Shown here: piece by piece, positions 47,742 to 58,001 of the stretch
Numbering within the stretch: the first letter of the stretch is position 1
How the letters are laid out: every line of letters starts with the position of its first letter
NCBI RefSeq assembly: GCF_036786105.1
Contig: NZ_DAIQRQ010000002.1
Location: 16,624-80,623 of the forward strand
Source: Ohtaekwangia sp.
Lineage (GTDB): Bacteria > Bacteroidota > Bacteroidia > Cytophagales > Cyclobacteriaceae
Length of the DNA: 64,000 nucleotides
Reading direction: 5' to 3'
The notes under the pieces: model-generated
Seen by the model: only the letters and a program-made list of their open reading frames with translations
Databases searched by the model: none
What the model was told of the DNA's origin: nothing
Translations under genes and position numbers: made by a program

Positions 47742-50492
47742 TCAATGTGCATCAAGCCAGTTGGAGGCAATACCAACTTCAACTTCCATAGGCACAGCGA
47801 GATGCACAGCATACTTCATCAGCGCGATCACATTTTCTTTTACAACTGCTGCTTCATCCTGGTGTACATCAAATACAAGTTCATCATGCACCTGCATAAT
47901 CATTTTTGTCTTCAATTTATTTTTCTCCAGCCAGCGATGAATGTTCACCATTGCAATCTTGATAATATCGGCAGCGCTTCCCTGTATAGGAGCATTGATC
48001 GCATTTCGCTCGGCAAACCCACGTGTAGTGATGTTGCGCGAGTTAATATCACGCAAATATCGTCTTCTGCCAAGAATGGTTTCTACATATTCTTTCTCCC
48101 GCGCCATGTTAATGGAGTCATCCATATAGCGTTTGATGCCCGGAAATTCTTTGAAGTATGAATCGATGATCTCCGATGCTTCGGTGCGCGAGATACCGAG
48201 ATTCTGCGATAGCCCGAACGCAGTGCTGCCATAGAGAATGCCGAAATTTACTTCCTTCGCTTTCCTGCGCATATCAGCAGTAACCTGTTCTAGGGGAACT
48301 TTGAATACTTTGGCTGCCGTAGTAGTGTGGATGTCGCGCCTGTTTCGAAAGGCTTCGATCATCACCTCATCTTTGGCAAACGATGCAGCAATGCGCAGCT
48401 CGATTTGCGAATAGTCGGCCGACATAAAAAGATATTCATCATTACGCGACACAAAAGCTCTGCGGATAAGTTTACCCTTGGCCGTGCGAATTGGAATGTT
48501 CTGCAGGTTAGGATTGTTTGAGCTTAGCCGTCCCGTGGCAGCAACTGCCTGGCGATAGTCGGTATGTATACGACCATCAAACTTGCTGATCATCTTGGGC
48601 AGTGCATCAACATACGTGGAGCGCAACTTGTCAAACTCGCGGTAGTCGAGAATCTTTTGTGCTATAGCATGCTTGGGTGCCAGTGTAAGGAGGATGTCTT
48701 CACCCGTAGCGTATTGCCCGGACTTTGTTTTCTTTGGCTTCTCCATCAGCTTCATTTTCTCGAAGAGCACTTCACCCAATTGTTTGGGCGAGCCAATGTT
48801 AAACTCTGTACCCGCCAACTCGTAGACCTCCCGTTGTACGCGCTCCAACTCATGCCGAAGTTCGTCAGACATTTTAGAAAGAGCAGACGTATCGATCTTT
48901 ACACCTTCATATTCCATTGCTGCCAGCACATGTACCAGCGGCATCTCGGTATGACTCATCAACAATGTTTGCCTGCGGCTCTCCATATCCTGCTTCATTT
49001 TGTGACGAAGCTGAAAGATGATGTCGGCACGCTCACCTAATTGTTCACGTATATCGGCATGACTGATGGGAAGCAGATCGTATTGGAGGTATTGTGCACT
49101 GAGTGTATGAATATCGTGCGCTGCTTCCGGCTCGATAAGATAATGTGCAAGCATAGTGTCGAACAAGGGTCCGCGCACCTCAATACCAATTTTCTTCAAA
49201 GCCAGCATCGTGCCTTTCAGATTATGGCCGATCTTCATTATGCCTTCATGCTGGAATGCAGCAAAGTCGCGTAAGATCGTAGCAGCTTGTTCGGCATTGC
49301 CAAGCGGAAGGAAGTAAGCTTCGCTTTCGCGAAATGAAAATGACAAGCCTTTAATAGAGTAATCAAAGTTGCCGAGATCATCTGTAACCGAATCCATTGC
49401 AAAACTTGTCTGCTCTTTCAGCTTCTCGGCAAAAGCCTTGTATTGTTTCTCATCGATAGTTTGATATTGAACTTTGCCTGCATCAAAACTTCTGCGCTCA
49501 CCCGATTCATCTACAGGAACCAGATCATCTTCTGAAGATGCTGCACCGAACATCGATAGCTGTGCGCTTTGTGCTGCTGCTTTAGCAGGAGCAGCAGCCG
49601 TTCCGGCAACACCTTCATTGAATACACGTGCCGAAATAGTTTTAAACTCCAGCACATCAAATATAGGCTTGAGCTTTTCTGCATCAGGGCCTTTATACGT
49701 AAGTGCTTCTTCTTTGAACTCTATAGGAACATCGGTAATGATCGTAGCCAATTTTTTAGAGAGCAACGCCTGTTCTCCAAATTGCTTTACCAGATCTTTT
49801 TGTTTGCCTTTCAATTCATCGGCATGTGCAATGATGTTTTCGATTGATCCATATTGCTTGATCAATGTTGCAGCCGTCTTCGGACCAAAGCCAGGTATAC
49901 CGGGTATGTTATCAGATGTATCGCCCTGCAAGCCCAGCATGTCTATAACCTGCGATACATCGTTGATGTCCCACTTCTCACAAACTTCCTTTACACCCAG
50001 CACATCTACTGCGTTGCCCATATAGGCAGGCTTGTATAAGAAGACGCATTCATTTACCAGCTGCCCGAAATCTTTGTCGGGCGTCATCATATATACTTCA
50101 AAACCTTGCGTGCAGGCTTGTCGCGATAATGTGCCGATAATGTCGTCTGCTTCGTAGCCATCCATTTCCAGTATAGGAATGTTGAAGCCTTGTATAATCT
50201 CTTTTACGATGGGAATGCCATAGCGAATATCTTCCGGAGTCTCCTGGCGATTGGCTTTGTATTCTTTGAAGATCTCATCACGAAATGTTTTGGTGGCCGT
50301 GTCGAACGCAATACCGATATGGGTAGGCTTTTGCTTTTGCAGAACTTCCAGCAACGTGTTGGTGAACCCGAATGGAACAGAAGTATTATGGCCTTTGGAA
50401 TTAATGCGTGGAGTTTTGGTGAATGCAAAGTGCGCGCGATAGATCAGCGCATAGGCATCCAGCAGAAAAAGTTTTTTATCCGGTTTGCTCAT
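47742..50492 (-). CDS. polA: DNA polymerase I
   Basis: 916 aa with a 5'-3' exonuclease domain (LLDAYALIYRAHFA), a 3'-5' exo-like domain and family A polymerase motifs (DYSQIELR, RRKAKEVNFGILYG, QVHDELVF). Confidence 0.97.
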   Translation of the reverse strand: MSKPDKKLFLLDAYALIYRAHFAFTKTPRINSKGHNTSVPFGFTNTLLEVLQKQKPTHIGIAFDTATKTFRDEIFKEYKANRQETPEDIRYGIPIVKEIIQGFNIPILEMDGYEADDIIGTLSRQACTQGFEVYMMTPDKDFGQLVNECVFLYKPAYMGNAVDVLGVKEVCEKWDINDVSQVIDMLGLQGDTSDNIPGIPGFGPKTAATLIKQYGSIENIIAHADELKGKQKDLVKQFGEQALLSKKLATIITDVPIEFKEEALTYKGPDAEKLKPIFDVLEFKTISARVFNEGVAGTAAAPAKAAAQSAQLSMFGAASSEDDLVPVDESGERRSFDAGKVQYQTIDEKQYKAFAEKLKEQTSFAMDSVTDDLGNFDYSIKGLSFSFRESEAYFLPLGNAEQAATILRDFAAFQHEGIMKIGHNLKGTMLALKKIGIEVRGPLFDTMLAHYLIEPEAAHDIHTLSAQYLQYDLLPISHADIREQLGERADIIFQLRHKMKQDMESRRQTLLMSHTEMPLVHVLAAMEYEGVKIDTSALSKMSDELRHELERVQREVYELAGTEFNIGSPKQLGEVLFEKMKLMEKPKKTKSGQYATGEDILLTLAPKHAIAQKILDYREFDKLRSTYVDALPKMISKFDGRIHTDYRQAVAATGRLSSNNPNLQNIPIRTAKGKLIRRAFVSRNDEYLFMSADYSQIELRIAASFAKDEVMIEAFRNRRDIHTTTAAKVFKVPLEQVTADMRRKAKEVNFGILYGSTAFGLSQNLGISRTEASEIIDSYFKEFPGIKRYMDDSINMAREKEYVETILGRRRYLRDINSRNITTRGFAERNAINAPIQGSAADIIKIAMVNIHRWLEKNKLKTKMIMQVHDELVFDVHQDEAAVVKENVIALMKYAVHLAVPMEVEVGIASNWLDAH

Positions 50493-50629
50493 GATCGCAA
50501 AGTTGTAAAAGATGATTAAATATCCGCAGTCAAATGAAAATAAAACAGGTCAGCCAAAAATTATTTTGAGGAACATGGCTGAAATGTGTTGCTGTTCCAT
50601 GTACAAAAACAATCATAAAGAAAAAGAGA

Positions 50630-50651
50630 CACAATAAGCTCACGTATTGTG
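50630..50651 (-). terminator. weak rho-independent terminator
   Basis: 7-bp stem CACAATA / TATTGTG. On the minus strand it is followed by TCTCTTTTTCTTT. Confidence 0.45.
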
Positions 50652-50682
50652 CCTTTGGAATATTGTTAAGCTGGCCGGTGAA

Positions 50683-51117
50683 TTATTTCCGCGTTGCTTC
50701 GCACTGGTGTATCAGCTGTGTATGCCCGGTGTTTACAGTGTATGTAAAATGAAGCCCGGTATCTGAGAAAGAGCCCGTACCTGAAATAACAATGGAGATC
50801 GTTTTGCCTTTGAAAGTTTGCGGCTGAATGTAAAAGTGATCACCGCGCACTATGGCTGTAATGGGTACATACATAATGTTGCCAAAATTATGCAGCTCAA
50901 TAAGGGCGGTGCCGGCTGTAGATTTTGCTATGGAAATGGAATAACGCGAAGCTTGTGTGTTGTTCAGCTTTTGATCGGCCACGCGATAAGCGCCAACAAT
51001 CTTCTCTACGTGAGCCGCTACATCTTCCGGCAAATTATCTTCACGTGCTGATAAGGTAATAAGCGCCAGCACAGCAAGGAGCATTACACGGGTAAAATAA
51101 AAAGAGAACTTTTTCAT
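50683..51117 (-). CDS. hypothetical secreted protein
   Basis: 144 aa with an N-terminal signal anchor (VMLLAVLALITLSA). Beta-rich, with no recognised family. Confidence 0.55.
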   Translation of the reverse strand: MKKFSFYFTRVMLLAVLALITLSAREDNLPEDVAAHVEKIVGAYRVADQKLNNTQASRYSISIAKSTAGTALIELHNFGNIMYVPITAIVRGDHFYIQPQTFKGKTISIVISGTGSFSDTGLHFTYTVNTGHTQLIHQCEATRK

Positions 51118-51212
51118 AACAATCCTTTATAAAACAAGTGTTACCTGAAAAATTTTAACACCTGCAATTTTTTCGAATCAGTATACCCAACGGGAACAGT
51201 TATAAAAAAGTT

Positions 51213-51241
51213 TGACAATTTTTAACGCAATCGATAAACTA
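51213..51241 (+). promoter_or_regulatory. sigma70-style TTGACA - 17 nt - TAAACT element upstream of the acyl-CoA ligase gene
   Basis: Read directly from the sequence, 31 nt upstream of the ATG at 51273. It does not fit the usual Bacteroidota TAnnTTTG promoter type, so function is uncertain. Confidence 0.2.
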
Positions 51242-51272
51242 ATGATAAATTATAGGATAAATATTTCTGAAA

Positions 51273-52913
51273 ATGACTGCTCACACACCCTTGGAACGTT
51301 TTTATCATTGGGAAAAAAATACACCGAAGCAACCTTTTTTAAGACAACCTGTTGCCGGAAAATGGACAGTGTATACTTATCAACAGGCAGGAAACGAGGC
51401 ACGCAGAATAGCGCAGGCACTGAAAAAACTTAACCTGCCGCCACAAAGTAACATTGCTATTCTTTCGAAAAACTGTGCACACTGGATTATGGCCGACCTC
51501 GCCATCTGGATGGCTGGCCACGTATCTATACCTATATATCCTACATTATCGGCAACCGGTATCCATTACATACTGGAGCATGGTGAAGCGCGCGCTATAT
51601 TTTTAGGAAAACTGGATTCATTCGTGAAACAGCGAGATGCTATAGCTCCGGACATATACCAGATCAGCTTCCCATTCTACGGGCCAAACGAAGGTGACGC
51701 ATGGGACGATCTTCTGCAGAATGAACCGCTGATGGAAAGTGCACTTCCTTCCGGTGAGCAGGTGGCATCGATTATGTATTCATCGGGAACAACCGGAGAT
51801 CCTAAAGGCGTAGAGCTTACCTTTGGTGCATTTGATTTTACAGGACAAAGCCTGGTTCGCAATTTTGGCATTACGAAACCCGAGCGATTCTTTTCTTACC
51901 TGCCCCTGAGCCACATAGCAGAGCGTGCCTATATAGAGATTGGTGTGTTGTATTCAGGCAGCTCTATATCATTTACCGAGTCACTGGATAAATTTGCTGA
52001 AAACCTCCGCGAAGTACAGCCTACATTATTCGGCGGTGTGCCTCGTATCTTTGCCAAATTTCAGGAAGGTATACTTTCAAAAATGCCACAGCAAAAACTT
52101 GATCGTTTGTTGTCGATACCAATTGCATCGGCAATCATGAAGCGAGTGATTCAAAAGAAACTTGGATTTAGCAAAACACATCTCATTGTAGGTGGTGCCG
52201 CTCCTATACCGGTAGGCCTGCTAAAGTGGTTTGCATCGTTAGGCGTTGAGATACGAGAGATCTATGGTATGACGGAGAACTGCGGATACTCGCATGGCGA
52301 TCACGGAGATATAGTACACATTGGAACGGTAGGCCGTCCGTGGCCTGGCATTGAAGTAAAATTTACGGAAGAAGGTGAGATATTAGTGAGACATCCGGGA
52401 TTGATGCGTGGCTATTATAAAGATGCCGAAACAACGCGAAATGTTTTCACAGCGGATGGATTCTTAAAAACGGGTGATAAAGGTGTGGCCGATGCAGCCG
52501 GTTATCTCACCATTACAGGCCGCGTAAAAGATCAGTTCAAAACCGACAAAGCTAAATTTATAGCACCGGCTCCAATTGAGATGAAGTTTTCTTCCAACCC
52601 GGATATTGATAGTATATGTGTGGTAGGGATGGGTATACCCCAGCCCATAGCATTGGTTGTTTTATCAGCGATGGCTGTAGATAAAAGTAAAGATATGGTG
52701 ATGGAGGGATTGACTTTTACACTGCAACAGGTAAATGCAAGTCTTGAGCATTATGAGCGTATTGAAAAAGTGGTAATTATGCGCGAGGGATGGACTGTAG
52801 AAAACGGTTTTATGACTCCTTCACTCAAAGTAAAACGTAACGAAATTGAGAAAGTGCACCTGGCAAAATACCCAGTGTGGTATAAACACGAAGCAAAAAT
52901 TGTGTGGGAATAA
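51273..52913 (+). CDS. AMP-binding enzyme (long-chain fatty acid-CoA ligase-like)
   Basis: 546 aa with adenylate-forming motifs YSSGTTGDPKGV, YGMTE, GDKG and KVKRNE. Confidence 0.9.
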   Translation: MTAHTPLERFYHWEKNTPKQPFLRQPVAGKWTVYTYQQAGNEARRIAQALKKLNLPPQSNIAILSKNCAHWIMADLAIWMAGHVSIPIYPTLSATGIHYILEHGEARAIFLGKLDSFVKQRDAIAPDIYQISFPFYGPNEGDAWDDLLQNEPLMESALPSGEQVASIMYSSGTTGDPKGVELTFGAFDFTGQSLVRNFGITKPERFFSYLPLSHIAERAYIEIGVLYSGSSISFTESLDKFAENLREVQPTLFGGVPRIFAKFQEGILSKMPQQKLDRLLSIPIASAIMKRVIQKKLGFSKTHLIVGGAAPIPVGLLKWFASLGVEIREIYGMTENCGYSHGDHGDIVHIGTVGRPWPGIEVKFTEEGEILVRHPGLMRGYYKDAETTRNVFTADGFLKTGDKGVADAAGYLTITGRVKDQFKTDKAKFIAPAPIEMKFSSNPDIDSICVVGMGIPQPIALVVLSAMAVDKSKDMVMEGLTFTLQQVNASLEHYERIEKVVIMREGWTVENGFMTPSLKVKRNEIEKVHLAKYPVWYKHEAKIVWE

Positions 52914-52934
52914 ATGTATATATAGATAATAAAA

Positions 52935-52959
52935 AAGGCCACAAGCAGACTGTGGCCTT
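52935..52959. terminator. stem-loop between convergent genes
   Basis: 9-bp stem AAGGCCACA / TGTGGCCTT. On the minus strand it is followed by TTTTTATT. Confidence 0.6.
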
Positions 52960-52976
52960 GTATAGATGAAGGTACG

Positions 52977-53828
52977 CTACTTCAATTTCGATTTGAAGAA
53001 TGCCAGCGTATTCTCATACGCATCTTTGGTGGCTTCCTCTTTATATCCCATTGCGTTGCTCGGATTGGCAAAACCATGGTCGGCATTATAGCTTTTCAAT
53101 GTAAGCTTTTTGCCGGCAGCACTCATGTTCGACTCAAACTTGGCAACGGTTTCCGGGTTTATCCATTTATCCTGTGTGGCAAATATACCCAGCACTTCAC
53201 AGTTCAGTTCTTTGAGCCTGGCCACATCTTCTACCGGCATGCCATAGTATATAACGCAGGCAGCAGCTTGTTTACCTGCCGTTAACGCAGCGAGCAATGA
53301 CTGCCCGCCACCAAAACACCAACCAATAGTGCCGACACGTGCATTTTTACCGGCATATTCTAATGCACCTTTTACAATGGCATTGCCACGCTCTTGCTTG
53401 AACTCCTGCATATAACGGGCGGCATCTTCACGTTGATTGGTAACTTTTCCATCATACATATCAACGGCAAGTATATTTACATTACCGAGGTCTTTGTATA
53501 AGTTGTCTGACTGTTTCTTGATATAGTCGTTCAGGCCCCACCATTCCTGGAATACTAAAATCCAGTTGTTTGTTTTGGTTTTGGCTTCGATCAAGTATCC
53601 GTTGGCTTCAACACCATCAGCACATTTAAACTTGATCATCTTGCCACCTTCTTCACTGACGTGAACGTATTTTCCGGGCGTAGCATGCGATGCTTTAAAT
53701 TCCTTGCTGGATGCAAACACAGCAAATTTTTCGGTAGCCGATGTGTGACAAACTGTTATCTCCTGTTGTTGGGCAAACAGCGCTGCAGCAAACAGTATAA
53801 ATGTGATGGACAGGTATATTTTTTTCAT
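52977..53828 (-). CDS. dienelactone hydrolase family protein (secreted)
   Basis: The ATG at 53828 gives signal peptide MKKIYLSITFILFAAALFAQ. Nucleophile context GWCFGG and a C-terminal DHGF motif are present. Confidence 0.85.
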   Translation of the reverse strand: MKKIYLSITFILFAAALFAQQQEITVCHTSATEKFAVFASSKEFKASHATPGKYVHVSEEGGKMIKFKCADGVEANGYLIEAKTKTNNWILVFQEWWGLNDYIKKQSDNLYKDLGNVNILAVDMYDGKVTNQREDAARYMQEFKQERGNAIVKGALEYAGKNARVGTIGWCFGGGQSLLAALTAGKQAAACVIYYGMPVEDVARLKELNCEVLGIFATQDKWINPETVAKFESNMSAAGKKLTLKSYNADHGFANPSNAMGYKEEATKDAYENTLAFFKSKLK

Positions 53829-53937
53829 AGTCCTTTTAGGGTTTAGTCCGATTGTGTAAACAAACATTGAGGTAATTGGTTCACATGTTTTTTATCATAA
53901 TGCTATAAATTCTTCATCATCTGGATCTGTATTATTA

Positions 53938-54555
53938 CTAAAGATGCCGCAGGTCGGCCACCTGGTCTAATATCCAGCCAGTGAGGCTCAATCGTTCGCG
54001 TGTGGCTGGCAGCACTTCATGTTCAATCTGATCACTTCGAAAACAAACCAGCCGCCCGCTGACAGGAAGTATATCTTTCGTTTCATTATCAAGATACATA
54101 CGCAGCTGACCGCCATGCTCGTCCTGCCAGTGATCATTCAGATAACAGATAACCGATAACTTCCGGTGATCATCCTTTTTAAACTGATCGAGATGACGCT
54201 TGTAAAATGTACCGGCAGGATAAATCGTCATGTGTACTTCGTAATCCTTCAAACTAAGAAAGAGCGTACGATTGATATACCCTATCAATTCCTGCAGCCG
54301 GTCGAGATATACTTTTGCCGGAGCAGACGCGTTATTCTTGTCGAGCCAGCGAATATAGTCACCCCGTATAGCTTCGTTTATTTGCAGATCGTTTTGTTTA
54401 CCGATGCCTGCTTTTTTAAACTGATCGGCTTCCTGTAAAAAATCAGCGCTGTTGCGTATGGCATCGACCTCGGCCTGGCTCAGAAATAAATCTGCTATAG
54501 CATATCCATGCTCGGCCAGACCATCGGCGATGCGTTCAAATGTTTCATCCATCAT
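53938..54555 (-). CDS. 2OG-Fe(II) oxygenase (prolyl 4-hydroxylase-like)
   Basis: HxD...H facial triad candidates (KRHLDQF ... IEHEV) and GGQLRMY, typical of the P4Hc/2OG-FeII_Oxy fold. Confidence 0.8.
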   Translation of the reverse strand: MMDETFERIADGLAEHGYAIADLFLSQAEVDAIRNSADFLQEADQFKKAGIGKQNDLQINEAIRGDYIRWLDKNNASAPAKVYLDRLQELIGYINRTLFLSLKDYEVHMTIYPAGTFYKRHLDQFKKDDHRKLSVICYLNDHWQDEHGGQLRMYLDNETKDILPVSGRLVCFRSDQIEHEVLPATRERLSLTGWILDQVADLRHL

Positions 54556-54572
54556 GAAACAAAAATACAGAC

Positions 54573-57104
54573 TTACTGCCCTACAAGGAAGACTGCATTC
54601 GATAAAAGCATTTTGCCATCTTCCCAGAAGCAGCGGAACATCGGGTTATCAACCAGATAAATAATGGTTCCGCTTCCTTTCTCTTCCACACCAAACACCA
54701 TGCTGTTGGCTAATTTTTCATTAGCATGTTTACCGGCAAAGCCCTGCACAGGTTTGGGTTTGCCTTTCAGTGCGCCTACATTCCAGCCGCCTTCCAGGTA
54801 TGCAAAGTGAAGTTCGTTTGTTTTCAACGAATAGTATGTATTCGATAAGCCAAACGCCAGCGGATGAGAATTGTCGAGCGTAACCTTATAGATCGCACCT
54901 CCTATAAAATTGGAGATCTGTTTGCGTTCAGCATCTTCGTAGCGGATTAGTGCTTCTTGTTGCCCGGTTTCTTTTTGTTTTTTCTCGGCATTGTCTTTTT
55001 CGTTGTCGGATGCGTATGTCTTCAGTGCAAATCCTTTTTTATCTGCAAATGCGTTAAGACCGTCTGCTATCACGATCAGCTTTCCTCCAGCCGATACCCA
55101 TCCGGAAATCTTTTCGAGAAATTTATCATCCAATGAGCTATAGCGACCTTCCGGTATAATAAGCACATCATATTTACTCAAAGGCACATACTTGAAATAA
55201 TCAGTTCCCAATGTGGTGATGGGGTAATGAAGCTGTTGTTCGAAGTAATACCAGATTTCACCGGCAGATAGCGATGATGTTTCTTTGCCAAACAGCAACG
55301 CAACCTTAGGAGTTTTGATGAAATGGATAGAGCCCGATCCAAAATCTTTACCACTTTCTACGAAGCCGGTGGTAGCTGTATAGATCACGCGACCCATATT
55401 TTTGGCCAGCGTCTGCACAGTATTGTCGAAGTCGGATACGCTTTCGTTATTTCGGCGTGTGATCAGCAACGTGCCGCGATCGAACGTCTGCCCGTGAATA
55501 GTAAAGGCTTTGTCAGACGAGCGGACTTTTATTCCCTTCTGTATCAAAGCAGAAAGAAATGCTACATCCTGTATACTTTGATACTTGAATATATAGGCAT
55601 ACGGTTTTGATGCTGTTGCCGTATTTTCTGCAGGCTTGGGAGTATAGGCTTTGCCAACGTTGATGCGCTCCGTCAGTGCAAAAGCTTTCAGGTTGTTGGC
55701 ATACATCAGGTTCCATGCAGTAATGTCGTATGTCAATGAATCGCTCAGGTGCGATTGAGGTTCAAACACTGCGGTGATAAAGCGTGATTTAGGTTGGTAT
55801 ATATTGATGATGATATCATCGGTTGAAACAGAAACATTGCCTGCTGTCTGTGTCTGATAATCAAAGCCGCGTGTTGCTTTACCCGCAGACGGATGTCCAT
55901 ACCTGATCGAATGCTTATCCATCCACTTGGTAAGCTGTTCAATCTTGTCAACATTGTTGCTGCCCTTAATTACATACGTTTTATAGATTGCAGCGGGATT
56001 GTTCAGATTATCGCGAAAGTACTTTTCAAATTCATCCACTACACGGGTATAATTCTGCGCAGTAATCTCTACAGTAGACAGCCCGGTGGTATGATGGTGC
56101 GTCAGGCGATCTTTCAACGTAAGGGGGTCGCCTTCGGTAGTAGTTACCGTAATGCCGGTTTGTCCGCCTTGTTCATACGTCATGCCGATTGCTCCGCTAT
56201 AGGTAGGATAGGTGTCGCCATAGCTGGGATAGTATAGATCGAATACTTCTTTAGTAAAATATAGCCAGCCTTGTTCATCAAAATACCTGGCGTTATTCTT
56301 TCCAATGGTTACCTGAAACTCGCGTTGCCAGTTTGAAATAATATTGTGAAATGGTTCCGCAGCAGGAGGGAAGAAGTAAGGATGATTGTGGCCCTGTTCG
56401 TGGAAGTCGACATGCACGTGGGGCATCCACTGATTGTAAATTTTTAGACGCGCCTGTGTTTCGGTTTGAGTCGCCCATGCCCAGTCGCGATTTAAATCGA
56501 ACATATAGTGATTAGAGCGACCGTGTGGCCACGGTTCGTTATGCTCGTGCGAGTCTTCATCTCCATTGGGAGGCATATTGCCATATTGATTATAGAAATT
56601 AGTATAGCGATCACGACCGTCCGGATTCAGGCAAGGGTCCATAATAACCACGGTATTCTTCAGCCAGGTTTGTGTCTTCTGGTTCTGCGGATTGCTCAGT
56701 TCATATAACGTAAGCATCGATGCTTCCGTGCTGTTGGCTTCATTGCCATGCACATTATAGCTGAGCCATACAATGGCTTTCTTATCAGCAGAAGGAGTGC
56801 CGTCCATCATACCCGAACGCTTCAAATTATCAGTGCGAATCTGTTCCAGGTTTTGAAAGTTTTCAGGAGCCGTAATCACCACATATACCAGTGGACGGCG
56901 TTCATAGGTTTCTCCGTATTGGTAAAACTCAACGTTTGGTAATGCATCGGCTACATGCCTGAAGTACTCCACTACACGATGATGCCTGGTAAAATGATCG
57001 CCCAGTTCATATCCCAAAAATTCCTTTGGGCTTAGCAGCTTTTGTTGTGCAAGAACTGCGAAGGAAGAAAGAACGAAGGTAAAGATCAGTAAGCGTTTAA
57101 TCAT
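54573..57104 (-). CDS. M14 family zinc carboxypeptidase (large, secreted)
   Basis: 843 aa with a signal peptide, the Zn-binding motif NVHGNEANSTE and a second His context (HVDFHE). A long C-terminal extension follows. Confidence 0.9.
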   Translation of the reverse strand: MIKRLLIFTFVLSSFAVLAQQKLLSPKEFLGYELGDHFTRHHRVVEYFRHVADALPNVEFYQYGETYERRPLVYVVITAPENFQNLEQIRTDNLKRSGMMDGTPSADKKAIVWLSYNVHGNEANSTEASMLTLYELSNPQNQKTQTWLKNTVVIMDPCLNPDGRDRYTNFYNQYGNMPPNGDEDSHEHNEPWPHGRSNHYMFDLNRDWAWATQTETQARLKIYNQWMPHVHVDFHEQGHNHPYFFPPAAEPFHNIISNWQREFQVTIGKNNARYFDEQGWLYFTKEVFDLYYPSYGDTYPTYSGAIGMTYEQGGQTGITVTTTEGDPLTLKDRLTHHHTTGLSTVEITAQNYTRVVDEFEKYFRDNLNNPAAIYKTYVIKGSNNVDKIEQLTKWMDKHSIRYGHPSAGKATRGFDYQTQTAGNVSVSTDDIIINIYQPKSRFITAVFEPQSHLSDSLTYDITAWNLMYANNLKAFALTERINVGKAYTPKPAENTATASKPYAYIFKYQSIQDVAFLSALIQKGIKVRSSDKAFTIHGQTFDRGTLLITRRNNESVSDFDNTVQTLAKNMGRVIYTATTGFVESGKDFGSGSIHFIKTPKVALLFGKETSSLSAGEIWYYFEQQLHYPITTLGTDYFKYVPLSKYDVLIIPEGRYSSLDDKFLEKISGWVSAGGKLIVIADGLNAFADKKGFALKTYASDNEKDNAEKKQKETGQQEALIRYEDAERKQISNFIGGAIYKVTLDNSHPLAFGLSNTYYSLKTNELHFAYLEGGWNVGALKGKPKPVQGFAGKHANEKLANSMVFGVEEKGSGTIIYLVDNPMFRCFWEDGKMLLSNAVFLVGQ

Positions 57105-57207
57105 AAAGCGATTTAAGTTCAGCGGGTAAGGTATGGCAAATAATAGGAACGTGGCAGTTTAATTTTTTAAAAGGTTTTTCACCTGTGGCCAATGGTGATG
57201 TATATGT

Positions 57208-57684
57208 TCATGGAAGAACACCATCCGCCTGCAGTACATCAAGTCGTCCGGCAATAGGATGCTTATAGATTTTTTTCCGGATGTTTTCTTCGTGCATGGC
57301 CTCAGGAAAAGTGTAAAGATCCATTCGAATCGTATTCCATTTCTTAATCACGGCTGGTAAGGGCATGGGCTCAGGCGTGTTCTCTACCAGCACCTGGGGT
57401 GCTTTATACCGCAGCGGTAAACGTTGAGACATCTTTAATGCCAGCAGTTTAAATGATTCGATCAAACTTGAATTGCCTACCTGATCAATATCCTGCGATT
57501 TCTTCTTCATATAGATTAGCGACATTCGTTCGGATGTTACCAGGTGAGTGAGAATCTGGCTGACCAACCATCTACCAGAAGGACTATAATTCAGCTTATC
57601 GTGTGGTGTATGCATGAGGCCAGCCAGTAGCATTTTACGGTCGGTTTCCAGTTTAGTATATCTTCTCAGAAGTTTTGGATGCAT
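57208..57684 (-). CDS. DinB-family protein
   Basis: 158 aa four-helix-bundle pattern with the conserved WLVSQILTHLV motif. Confidence 0.6.
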   Translation of the reverse strand: MHPKLLRRYTKLETDRKMLLAGLMHTPHDKLNYSPSGRWLVSQILTHLVTSERMSLIYMKKKSQDIDQVGNSSLIESFKLLALKMSQRLPLRYKAPQVLVENTPEPMPLPAVIKKWNTIRMDLYTFPEAMHEENIRKKIYKHPIAGRLDVLQADGVLP

Positions 57685-57743
57685 ACTATCAGCTGTCTCT
57701 TCAAAATTAAGTATCTTTCGTTAAACCAAAACTTATTCACCTC

Positions 57744-57989
57744 ATGGAAAATCAACAAACCGCCGCTGTATTGTCGACCAAAGACTGGGTGCTTACACTT
57801 TTAATTTCGTTTATACCATTAGTAGGCATCATTATGTTATTTGTATGGGCCTTTGGTTCTACAGAGAATCCCAACAAAAGCAACTGGGCAAAAGCAATTC
57901 TCATCTGGTATGCTATCGGCTTTGTATTTTTTATATTCCTGTGGGTAACCGTGATCGGCGCACTCGTAGCCTCGCGGGGCAGTTATTGA
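57744..57989 (+). CDS. hypothetical small membrane protein (2 TM)
   Basis: 81 aa with two hydrophobic helices separated by a short polar loop (STENPNKSNW). Confidence 0.5.
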   Translation: MENQQTAAVLSTKDWVLTLLISFIPLVGIIMLFVWAFGSTENPNKSNWAKAILIWYAIGFVFFIFLWVTVIGALVASRGSY

Positions 57990-58001
57990 TTTAGCAGCTG
58001 C

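Noticed and set aside
49474-50025. 183-aa Ser/Ala-rich plus-strand ORF inside polA
   Set aside because: It is antisense to DNA polymerase I, and the translation is low complexity.
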